This document shows, in pieces, positions 1-7,687 of a stretch of 32,000 bases of DNA; the stretch's first letter is position 1, and every line of letters begins with the position of its first letter. The stretch is from Promethearchaeia archaeon (lineage in GTDB: Archaea; Asgardarchaeota; Lokiarchaeia; Sigyniarchaeales; SOKP01): assembly GCA_046497275.1 (NCBI GenBank), contig JAWOFX010000091.1:1-32000 (forward strand), read 5' to 3'. The notes below the pieces were generated by a model. That model was given only the letters and a program-made list of their open reading frames with translations. It made no database searches and was not told the DNA's origin. The position numbers and the translations under genes are program-made.

Positions 1-33
1 AATACTGAAAATAAGTTTAACTAAATAATTATT

Positions 34-40
34 GTGAGGT
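34..40 (+). promoter_or_regulatory. Shine-Dalgarno-like motif GTGAGGT in front of ATG 44
   Basis: GTGAGGT at 34-40, followed by AAA and ATG (44-46). It resembles archaeal GGAGGTGA-type ribosome-binding sites and supports 44 rather than 115 as the start. Confidence 0.55.
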
Positions 41-43
41 AAA

Positions 44-354
44 ATGGCTGAAGAATTTGATGGCAAACATTGTTCTGAATGCGGTGGAGACTCTTTTAGA
101 ATTGCCCACGATGAATGGATGAGAATTTAAGCATTTCGCAAAAAATCATCAATCGAACATTCAGATTCGTGGAAAATGGACAATTGAAGATGTGTAATAA
201 TTGCGGGGCCAAATTTCTAGTCTGTGAGGAATGTGGAAATTTATACACAAGAGTGCATCCCGCATTAGAGACTTGGGAGGTTTCAGAGAAATGTCCTGTA
301 TGTGGGCATGTAGATCCCTCAGTAAAGGCTTGGGATGGAACTTCCCCAAGATAA
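44..354 (+). CDS. Small double zinc-ribbon protein (4 x CxxC), spliced CDS join(44..123,153..354), 93 aa: MAEEFDGKHCSECGGDSFRIAHDEWMSRTFRFVENGQLKMCNNCGAKFLVCEECGNLYTRVHPALETWEVSEKCPVCGHVDPSVKAWDGTSPR
   Basis: Manual translation: ATG 44 reads MAEEFDGKHCSECGGDSFRIAHDEWMRI then TAA (128-130). The tracked ORF 115..354 in another frame carries CNNC, CEEC and CPVC. Removing 124-152 joins them (80+202=282 nt, 94 codons) and gives four CxxC motifs. Confidence 0.8.
124..152 (+). other. Putative 29-nt bulge-helix-bulge (tRNA-endonuclease-type) intron in a protein-coding gene
   Basis: Central helix G118AUG121 pairs with C147AUC150. 3-nt bulges are A122GA124 and A151AU153. Inner helix A125UUU128/A143AAU146; outer pairs G117-C154 and U116-G155. 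Cutting after the second nt of each bulge excises 29 nt and restores the frame (ATG AG|T CGA = M S R). Confidence 0.75.
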
Positions 355-362
355 GACTAATC

Positions 363-380
363 TTTTTTTCCTTCTTATTT
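363..380 (+). terminator. T-rich archaeal terminator-like tract after the zinc-ribbon gene
   Basis: TTTTTTTCCTTCTTATTT starting 9 nt after the stop at 354. Confidence 0.4.
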
Positions 381-648
381 ATTATACAGGTATGTAAAAA
401 TTTAAATTCTTGAATTGTATTTGAGAATTAATTTTATTGTTCACTTGCTCTTTTTATTTTAGTTTTTAAGATTGAAATGAGAAATATAAAAAAAAATCAA
501 TCTATTTCGAGTGATCTTGAGTTTATCAAGAATAGAATAAAATTAACATAGGTCTCATGATTTTATTAATTAGGAGTAAAGAAAATTTAAATTAAATAAT
601 AACAATAAATGATAAAACGAAGCCTTATTAAAACTACAATCAAAGATT

Positions 649-1131
649 ATGAGTAAAAATAATAATATTAAAGTAGAAATTGCTTCACCAGAGCAAATTA
701 ATGCGCTAAAGGAGCTTACGAAACTATTAGTTGAAGGTTTGGGAGAAGAATTTGAGCCTAAAAGATTTGATTGGGGTATCAGAAGAAGATTGTTTGATCC
801 CCTTCAAAGGCACGGAATTTTAATAGCCACTGACGAAAGCAGTGGAGAAGTTGCGGGTATGATAATTGCTGAACTTCGTATTGATCCCTTTGGGAAATCT
901 GAAGGATATATAAAGCAATTTTTCTTAAAAGAGAATTATAGGGGAAGAGGTATAGGTCATACTCTTCTAAAGAAGGCATTAGAACATTTAAAGAAAATTC
1001 AAGTCGAAAAAGTCAAAGTGAATATTAGAGAACAAGCTAAACGCGCAGCTAATCTTTACGAGCAAATGAACTTTGAAAAACGATATGAAGTTCTCGAATT
1101 AGACCTTGAAAAAGATTATCCTAACAAATAA
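649..1131 (+). CDS. GNAT-family N-acetyltransferase
   Basis: Acetyl-CoA binding motif A (FFLKENYRGRGIGHTLL) and motif B-like NIREQAKRAANLYEQMNF; 160 aa. Confidence 0.85.
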   Translation: MSKNNNIKVEIASPEQINALKELTKLLVEGLGEEFEPKRFDWGIRRRLFDPLQRHGILIATDESSGEVAGMIIAELRIDPFGKSEGYIKQFFLKENYRGRGIGHTLLKKALEHLKKIQVEKVKVNIREQAKRAANLYEQMNFEKRYEVLELDLEKDYPNK

Positions 1132-1150
1132 GAAGTGTTGAATATTTTTT

Positions 1151-2134
1151 ATGAGCATTGATTTGGGAAGTCCTTGGGTTGAGAAATATAGACCAAAAGA
1201 TTTTAGTGAAATTGTTAGTCAAAATATTGCGGTAAATAACTTAAAATCATTTGTAAAAAGAAAATTTGATATGCCACATATGATTTTTACTGGTCCAGCG
1301 GGAACCGGAAAGACAAGTACTGCTCTAATAATCGCAAATAAATTACTCAAAGGGGAAAAATATTATCGAAATGTATTAGAATTAAATGCTTCTGATACTG
1401 TAAGAATGAAATTTGTCAGAGAAAAACTCAATGATTTTGTAAATCAAAATATGATCATAACAGAAAATGAGTTGAAAATAGTAATTTTAGACGAAGCTGA
1501 TAATATTCCAAAAACAGTTCAGCAAACATTAAGAAGGATAATTGAGAGTGCCCCTACTAATGTGAAGTTCATACTTATGTGTAATTATATTAACCAGATA
1601 ATCGATCCAATCGTATCAAGATGTGCTGTTTTTAGATTTGTAAGCCTTCCTAAAGAAAAAATAGTAGAAAAATTAAAACTTATCGCGAAAAAAGAGAATT
1701 TATCTATTCCAAAAGAAAGGGAAGAAGAAGTTTTTGATACTCTATTTTTTATCTCCTCAGGCGATTTAAGAAAAGCTATTAACACCCTTCAGATGGCAGT
1801 TTCGCTGGAATTAATTAAAAGTCTTAATGTAAATGAACTTCTAAAAATCTCTGGATTTATCGAAAACACTGTGTTTGAAGAACTCAGAGAAGCATTGTTA
1901 AAAAGTGATTTTCTAAAAACAAGGACAATCTTTAATTCCATAGAATATTTAGATAGTCGTAATTTTATTCGTCAATTATTAAAGATTATCCCAGATTTAA
2001 AAGATTTAAGTACTATTAGAAAATCTCACCTTATTGCTTATTTTGGTGAAATAGATTTCAAAATAAGCCAAGGCGGGGATGAGGAGATACAATTAACAGC
2101 TCTTTTAGCTTCAATTGTTTCTAATAGCAAATAA
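1151..2134 (+). CDS. rfcS: Replication factor C small subunit (catalytically canonical)
   Basis: PWVEKYRP, Walker A GPAGTGKT, ELNASD, Walker B ILDEAD, SRC motif (IVSRCAVF), C-terminal collar motif EEIQLTALL. Confidence 0.95.
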   Translation: MSIDLGSPWVEKYRPKDFSEIVSQNIAVNNLKSFVKRKFDMPHMIFTGPAGTGKTSTALIIANKLLKGEKYYRNVLELNASDTVRMKFVREKLNDFVNQNMIITENELKIVILDEADNIPKTVQQTLRRIIESAPTNVKFILMCNYINQIIDPIVSRCAVFRFVSLPKEKIVEKLKLIAKKENLSIPKEREEEVFDTLFFISSGDLRKAINTLQMAVSLELIKSLNVNELLKISGFIENTVFEELREALLKSDFLKTRTIFNSIEYLDSRNFIRQLLKIIPDLKDLSTIRKSHLIAYFGEIDFKISQGGDEEIQLTALLASIVSNSK

Positions 2135-2161
2135 TAATTAAAAAATACTAAATGATCAAAA

Positions 2162-3208
2162 ATGGTAAATAATTCTCCTATATGGAGGTTAAAATATCAA
2201 CCAAAAAATCTAGATGAAATAACTGGAAGAGAAAATACTATCTCACGGTTGAAGGAAATAATTCAAAAAGGGAACTTTCCACATCTACTACTCACCGGAG
2301 CAGAAGGTATAGGGAAAACAACCATAGCACGATTATTTGCTAAAGAGTTTTTGGGGCGCTATTATGATGCAAACTTTAAATTGGTCTATGCTGATGTAGG
2401 ATTAACACAAGAAGAGAGGGCGCAAGCACGCTCAGATGCATATATTTCTACCAGCAGAATTGGAAGTATGGCAGGGAAAAAAATTACTACCCCTGCTTTT
2501 ATTCAAATAAAAATAAAACCATTTGTTCAATTAAAAGCAATTGGAGACATTCCATTTAAAATTCTTGTTGTTAAAAATTTTGAGAGATTAGGATCTGATC
2601 AACAAGGCTTCAGAAGATTGATGGAAATATATGGATCAAACTGTAGAATGATACTAATTACTACGAAGATTTCAGGTATAATTGATCCAATTGTATCAAG
2701 ATGTCAGCTTTTTTTAATTCCACAAATAAATTATAATAATTTTGAAAATTTAATAAATCAGATTGCTAAATCTGAATCACTGGAATTAGGACAAGGAGTT
2801 GTAGAATTTCTTTTTCGATTATCAAAAGGTAAGATCGCAAATGCTATAGATTTATTACAATTATGTAGTACTACAGGGAAAAAAGTCGATTTAGAGTCTC
2901 TTTATAAAAACTCAAAAAATTTTGAAAATCAAGAGATAAGAGATCTATTAAAATTAACCTTTACTGAAGATTTTAAAGAAATAAGAGAACATTTTAGAGA
3001 AATTTTATCAGAATACAAATATAATGTTCATGAATTTTTCATAAAAATTTTAAGTGAAATCCATAAACTTCCAATTTCTCAATATGGAAGAGCAAGACTG
3101 ATTAATATGATTGCAGATTCTGATTTTAGATCTCTTGATGGATTAGATGACGATATTCAGATATCTGCTTTATTGACAAAATTATCCGAATTTAGTGAAT
3201 ATTTGTGA
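2162..3208 (+). CDS. Second, divergent RFC small-subunit paralog
   Basis: IWRLKYQP, NFPHLLLTGAEGIGKT, IIDPIVSRCQ and DDIQISALL align with RFC-S. Walker B is replaced by VVKNFE and there is an insertion of about 27 aa. Confidence 0.85.
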   Translation: MVNNSPIWRLKYQPKNLDEITGRENTISRLKEIIQKGNFPHLLLTGAEGIGKTTIARLFAKEFLGRYYDANFKLVYADVGLTQEERAQARSDAYISTSRIGSMAGKKITTPAFIQIKIKPFVQLKAIGDIPFKILVVKNFERLGSDQQGFRRLMEIYGSNCRMILITTKISGIIDPIVSRCQLFLIPQINYNNFENLINQIAKSESLELGQGVVEFLFRLSKGKIANAIDLLQLCSTTGKKVDLESLYKNSKNFENQEIRDLLKLTFTEDFKEIREHFREILSEYKYNVHEFFIKILSEIHKLPISQYGRARLINMIADSDFRSLDGLDDDIQISALLTKLSEFSEYL

Positions 3209-3212
3209 TGAT

Positions 3213-4571
3213 ATGAGTAATAATTCAAATGAACCATGGGTTGAAAAATACAGACCCAAAAGTATTAAGGAAATGGCACTTCCGATGGCAAAACTGGGGA
3301 GGCAGCGAGTTAATGTTGCTGAAAAGTTAAAAGAATTCATACATAATTTTTTTGAAGAAATTAAAAAGATAAATGAAAAAAACCAACAGATTAGATCTTT
3401 TAACAGAACTGCCACTGAAAAACAACAGAAAGAAGAGATATCTCTCCCCCCAGAAAAAGCAGCGGTACTATTGGAAGGACAACCTGGAATTGGAAAGACC
3501 TCAATTGTATATGCTCTTGCAAATGATTTAAATATGGAAGTTATAGAAACGAATGCTTCTGATACTAGAACAAGAGACAGTTTGGAAGCAAAATTGAAAG
3601 AGACTTCAAAATCAAGGGGCATTATGGATTTCATAAGTGAAAAGAAGAAAAAATTACTCCTTATAGATGAAATCGATGGGATATACGGAAATAAAGACAG
3701 AGGCGCGGTACCAGCTATATTAGATATAGTTAAACAAACACAATTTCCGATAATAATGTGCTCCAATGAATATAAATCAAATCTTCAATCTCTCTATAAT
3801 ATAATTCCAAGATATGAAGTACATCCTCTTCCCAAGGACGAGATGATTAAAATTGCCGCTAAAATTATGAAAAATGAAAATGTAAAAGAGATTACTAAGG
3901 AGGATTTAGAACTCATTATTGAGAGAAATGGAGGAGATTTAAGAGGAGTAATTAACGATCTTCAAGCATTGAGTAAGGGTGAGAGAAGTTCTGACGAAGA
4001 AAGAAAGGACATGATTTATTCCTTCCATCGCGATACTACAGAAGAGATATTTGGTATTATCCGTGATTTGTTTCAAGAAGTCGAAACTTTAGAGCAGGCA
4101 AGAGAACTTACCAATAAATCGGATGTTGATTACAACTTCTTATACAAATGGATCAATCAAAATATACCATCATTTATTACTTATAAGGATGAATTAGAAA
4201 ACGCTTATGAAAACCTCGCAGAGGCAGATAAGATTTTTGGAAGAATTAGAAGAAATATGGAGTGGTCATTATTACCTTATTTCTACGATCTTTTTGCTGG
4301 AGGGGTTGTTTTGGTTCAGAAAAAAAGTCGATCTAAGGGATTCAGACCAGTTAATTTTCCCAGATATAGTAGTTCAGCAGGAATGTCTTTGAGTAATGCT
4401 GAAAAAAGTCTCTATCAAAAAATACGGCAAGTCTATGAAATATCACAAACTGAAGCATTAAGAGATTTCCTTCCATTTCTTAAAGTCTTATCAAGTTTAT
4501 CCAGAAGGAATCTAAAAGAAATTAGCGATTGGTTAGATTTAACTGCTAAAGAAAAAAATTTGTTAAAATAG
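3213..4571 (+). CDS. rfcL: Replication factor C large subunit
   Basis: PWVEKYRPK, GQPGIGKT, ETNASD, LLIDEIDG, GDLRGVIND, no SRC motif. Start placed at ATG 3213, 4 nt after the upstream stop, instead of 3195. Confidence 0.92.
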   Translation: MSNNSNEPWVEKYRPKSIKEMALPMAKLGRQRVNVAEKLKEFIHNFFEEIKKINEKNQQIRSFNRTATEKQQKEEISLPPEKAAVLLEGQPGIGKTSIVYALANDLNMEVIETNASDTRTRDSLEAKLKETSKSRGIMDFISEKKKKLLLIDEIDGIYGNKDRGAVPAILDIVKQTQFPIIMCSNEYKSNLQSLYNIIPRYEVHPLPKDEMIKIAAKIMKNENVKEITKEDLELIIERNGGDLRGVINDLQALSKGERSSDEERKDMIYSFHRDTTEEIFGIIRDLFQEVETLEQARELTNKSDVDYNFLYKWINQNIPSFITYKDELENAYENLAEADKIFGRIRRNMEWSLLPYFYDLFAGGVVLVQKKSRSKGFRPVNFPRYSSSAGMSLSNAEKSLYQKIRQVYEISQTEALRDFLPFLKVLSSLSRRNLKEISDWLDLTAKEKNLLK

Positions 4572-4843
4572 TTTCTTAATACAGAAAAATTTTTTATTTA
4601 CTTTATCTACCCATTTTTAGGTAGGAAAAGAGATTGGTCTAAGGGCTCAGAAACTATTTATATTCGTTTTTATTAATGATTTAGATTAAATATTGAAGAA
4701 TTCAATTATATTTTCCTTTCCTTAAATTTATTTTGAAAATATTCTTTTATATTCTCACTCTATGTGTGAATTAGTGTTTTGATTATTTATATATCTTATG
4801 AGTAATTTAAAAATACAGATTAAATATTATTTGTTTGATAAAA

Positions 4844-5476
4844 ATGACAGAAGAAGAAGAATTAGATGAAGTTGAAAAAGAAGCACACATGAATAAGAGA
4901 TCCCAATTATTATTAAAAGTAATCGGTGCCGCTATCTTTGGAGCCCTTTCAGCAGTGAGTTACCCTCTTTTGAAACCTTTAATAGATGCAACGCGAGTAC
5001 CTCAAGGATTAGCGCTTTTTGATCCTATCTCAATTATTTGGGTAACTTGTTTTTTAATCTTCGGTCCATATGCCGGAGTCTTATGTTGTTTAATAGGTTT
5101 CGTGACTTTAATACCATTTGATCAATCTATTCCGATTATTGCTCCCTTTTTAAAATTTTCTGCAACTATTCCCTTAATCATTATCCCGACTTTAGTTTTA
5201 AGATTATATAAGAAAAGAGAGAATATTAATAGAAGTCAGAAACTATTAAAACCATTTAATTATTTCGTTTCAGGTGCTTTATCAATTGTGGTCAGAATAA
5301 TGGTAATGATTTTACTCAATATTATAGTATATTTGGCATTCTTTGGAAGAGCTGGTTTGGAAGCATGGTTAGTCTTAATTGTTATTGTAAATGCTATTAC
5401 TAGTGTCTGGGATTTATTTGTACCTTATATAATAATTAAGGGTCTAAATATATACAAAGAATTTCAAATATGGTAA
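4844..5476 (+). CDS. ECF-type transporter substrate-binding (S) component, substrate unknown
   Basis: About 210 aa, roughly six hydrophobic segments, AIFGALSAV and FDPISIIWVTCFLIFGPYAGVL patterns typical of S components. ATG 4844 preferred over TTG 4835. Confidence 0.65.
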   Translation: MTEEEELDEVEKEAHMNKRSQLLLKVIGAAIFGALSAVSYPLLKPLIDATRVPQGLALFDPISIIWVTCFLIFGPYAGVLCCLIGFVTLIPFDQSIPIIAPFLKFSATIPLIIIPTLVLRLYKKRENINRSQKLLKPFNYFVSGALSIVVRIMVMILLNIIVYLAFFGRAGLEAWLVLIVIVNAITSVWDLFVPYIIIKGLNIYKEFQIW

Positions 5477-5495
5477 TTTTTTTTATTTTTTTCTT
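5477..5495 (+). terminator. T-tract terminator
   Basis: T8-A-T7 directly after the TAA at 5474-5476. Confidence 0.5.
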
Positions 5496-5578
5496 AGTAT
5501 CTTTTCAAATGCCAAATATTAATATAGATTTGAAATAAATTTTATTATTATTCAAAAATATACATTGAGCTGGTTTAA

Positions 5579-6376
5579 ATTTCAAATCTCAAATATGAGT
5601 CCATAAATCTTAAACAAAATAATGGAGTATTAAATATTATTTTAAATCGACCAGAAAAATTGAATGCGTTAAATTATCCATTAATAATGGAAATTGTTGA
5701 TGTTCTGGAAAAATCAATGAAAAATAAAGAAATTAGAGTAATCACAATTAAAGGTGCCGGTAAATGTTTTTGTACTGGAGATGATTTAAAAAAAATGGGG
5801 CCTAATGGCGTCCAATTTGCACCCTTAGATGATGGATCTCAACTCCCCCATCAGCGAATGGTAAGATTAATTAGAAAAATTCAAAAACCCGTAATAGCTT
5901 TACTCCATGGTTATTGTTTAGGTGCAGGATTTGATCTCGCCTTAGCGTGTGATTTTAGAATTGCAGCAAATAATCTTGAGATTGGTGATCATCGCGCCTC
6001 GCGTGCAATCTGTGTTATGAGTGGGGGTACTTGGTTCCTCCAGAGGATTGTAGGATTTGGGAGGGCAACCGAGATAATTTTGACAGGAAAACATCTAAAT
6101 GCAAAAGAAGCATATGAAATTGGATTAATTACTCAATATTTTTCGGAAAATGAATTTGAAAAAGAATCCGAAAAATTTATTCAGAAGATTGCGCAGATGC
6201 CTACAAAATGTCTTGGTTATAATAAAACTATGTTAAATTACTCTCTCCGAAATGATCTATTTCCCTCCTTAAAAAATGAATTTAGACTCTATTGCAAAAA
6301 TATTGCAACTAAAGATTTTGGAGAGGGAATGAAATCATTTCAAGAAAATAGAGAGCCAAAATTTATTGGAAAATAA
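5579..6376 (+). CDS. Enoyl-CoA hydratase/isomerase (crotonase) family protein; start uncertain (ATT 5579 proposed, TTG 5660 would truncate the fold)
   Basis: In-frame upstream extension ISNLKYESINLKQNNGVLNIILNRPEKLNAL, then FCTGDDL, GYCLGAGFDLALACDFRIA, and C-terminal EGMKSFQENREPKFIGK. Confidence 0.85.
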   Translation: MSNLKYESINLKQNNGVLNIILNRPEKLNALNYPLIMEIVDVLEKSMKNKEIRVITIKGAGKCFCTGDDLKKMGPNGVQFAPLDDGSQLPHQRMVRLIRKIQKPVIALLHGYCLGAGFDLALACDFRIAANNLEIGDHRASRAICVMSGGTWFLQRIVGFGRATEIILTGKHLNAKEAYEIGLITQYFSENEFEKESEKFIQKIAQMPTKCLGYNKTMLNYSLRNDLFPSLKNEFRLYCKNIATKDFGEGMKSFQENREPKFIGK

Positions 6377-6397
6377 TTCAAATAAGAAAATAAGAAA

Positions 6398-7660
6398 ATG
6401 GAAATTACAAATAATTTAAAAGAGTATATTCAAGATAAAGCTGTCCAAAGATTTTTGAAATATGTTAAAATAGATTCCCAGTCTAAGGAGGATTCCAACT
6501 CCTTTCCCTCAAGGAAGGAGCAGATTCAATTTGGAGAGATTTTGGTGGAAGAATTAAAAACATTGGGATTAGAAGATATTGTCCATGATACATATGGATA
6601 TATATATGCTCACATTCCCCCCTCTGAAGGCTATGAAAATATTCAATCTATTGGATTCATCGCTCATCTTGATACAGCGCCCTCAGTGAGCGGTAAAAAT
6701 GTGGAACCTGTGATTCATAAAAATTATGATGGAGGAATAATAAAATTCGAAGAGAATGAGGAGTTAGAACTCTCTCCAGAAGATTCTCCTGAATTAAATG
6801 AATATATAGGTTATAATATTATTACCTCCAAGGGAGATACTTTACTGGGAGCGGATGATAAGGCAGGTATCGCAGAAATTATTACAATGTGTGATGTTTT
6901 TAATAAGTTTAAAGAATTAAAGCATGGACCTATAATTGTTTGTTTTTTTCCAGATGAGGAATTAGGAAAAGGTACGGAACATATTGATTTATCTAAGTTA
7001 CCAGAGATTTGTTACACTATTGATGGATCTAAAATGGGAGAATTAGAATTTGAATGTTTTGATGCATGGAAACTCAAAATTAATTTTAAGGGATTGAATG
7101 TTCATCCAGGATATGCTAAAGGGTTGATGATTAACTCAATAAGGATAGCAACTCAATTTTTAAATGAAATACCAGAAAACGAAATTCCAAGAAACACTGA
7201 AAAAAGAGAAGGATTTTATCATTTAACCAATTTAATGGGAGATCCTGAAGAATCAAAGGTAACTCTTCTGTTAAGAGATTTTGATAAAGAAAATAATCTA
7301 AAAAGATTTGAGTATCTTAATAAATTAAAAGAACTCTATGAACTGCGATATAACGGTCTAAAGATTGATATAAAGCGTGAACATCAATATGAAAACATGA
7401 AAAACTATATAGAAAATAATTCAGGGGTGATAAATCTCGCGAAAAAGGCAATTCTTAAGGCTGATTTAGAACTTGAAATTCATTCCATTAGAGGGGGAAC
7501 AGATGGTGCGCATTTAAGTGCGAAGGGGATTCCAACACCTAATATCTTTACTGGAGGATTACTTTTTCATTCTAAAAAAGAATATATTCCTACAATAGCT
7601 TTAAAAAAGGCTACAGAAGTAATTCTTTATTTAATTAATCTATGGACTGAATTAAAATAA
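6398..7660 (+). CDS. pepT: Peptidase T (tripeptide aminopeptidase, M20B)
   Basis: RFLKYVKIDSQS, IAHLDTAP, LLGADDKAGIAEI, FPDEELGKG, YTIDG, HPGYAKG, IRGGTDGAHLS, PNIFTGG, FHSKKE. Confidence 0.93.
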   Translation: MEITNNLKEYIQDKAVQRFLKYVKIDSQSKEDSNSFPSRKEQIQFGEILVEELKTLGLEDIVHDTYGYIYAHIPPSEGYENIQSIGFIAHLDTAPSVSGKNVEPVIHKNYDGGIIKFEENEELELSPEDSPELNEYIGYNIITSKGDTLLGADDKAGIAEIITMCDVFNKFKELKHGPIIVCFFPDEELGKGTEHIDLSKLPEICYTIDGSKMGELEFECFDAWKLKINFKGLNVHPGYAKGLMINSIRIATQFLNEIPENEIPRNTEKREGFYHLTNLMGDPEESKVTLLLRDFDKENNLKRFEYLNKLKELYELRYNGLKIDIKREHQYENMKNYIENNSGVINLAKKAILKADLELEIHSIRGGTDGAHLSAKGIPTPNIFTGGLLFHSKKEYIPTIALKKATEVILYLINLWTELK

Positions 7661-7687
7661 AAGATTAAAAAAAGAAAAATAATATAA

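Noticed and set aside
119-130. Programmed -1 frameshift as the way to join the two frames
   Set aside because: No canonical X-XXY-YYZ slippery heptamer in the correct frame before TAA 128, and it would not explain the exact BHB geometry. Not formally excluded without transcript data.
115-354. ORF-track call of a 79-aa protein starting at ATG 115
   Set aside because: No SD-like motif, an odd number of CxxC motifs, and it ignores the upstream SD-ATG 44 exon. Its first residues (ENLSISQKIIN) largely translate the putative intron.
515-531. Inverted repeat TCTTGA-N5-TCAAGA resembling a HAIR/HspR half-site
   Set aside because: Spacing and right arm do not match CTTGAGT-N7-ACTCAAG, it is far from the chaperone genes, and a 6-bp repeat is expected by chance.
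2400-2520. RFC-S2 insertion (and the RFC-L insertion near 3340-3440) as in-frame introns
   Set aside because: Both read as plausible protein without stops and I found no BHB at their borders by eye (not an exhaustive search).
3195-3212. RFC-L start at ATG 3195 overlapping the upstream gene
   Set aside because: ATG 3213 gives MSNNSNEPWVEKYRP, matching the usual RFC N-terminus with a 4-nt intergenic gap.
3182-3766. 194-aa antisense ORF over rfcL, plus other short shadow ORFs (161-349, 231-413, 779-979, 1585-1785, 4207-4392, 8352-8570, 10916-11116, 14105-16495 set, 20923-21618 set, 23971-25230 set, 26787-28845 set, 30565-31024 set)
   Set aside because: All overlap well-supported genes on the other strand or frame and show no motifs; typical by-products of codon bias.
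4572-4843. Riboswitch upstream of the ECF S-component
   Set aside because: Very AT-rich, with only a 5-bp hairpin (CTACC/GGTAG); no recognisable aptamer.
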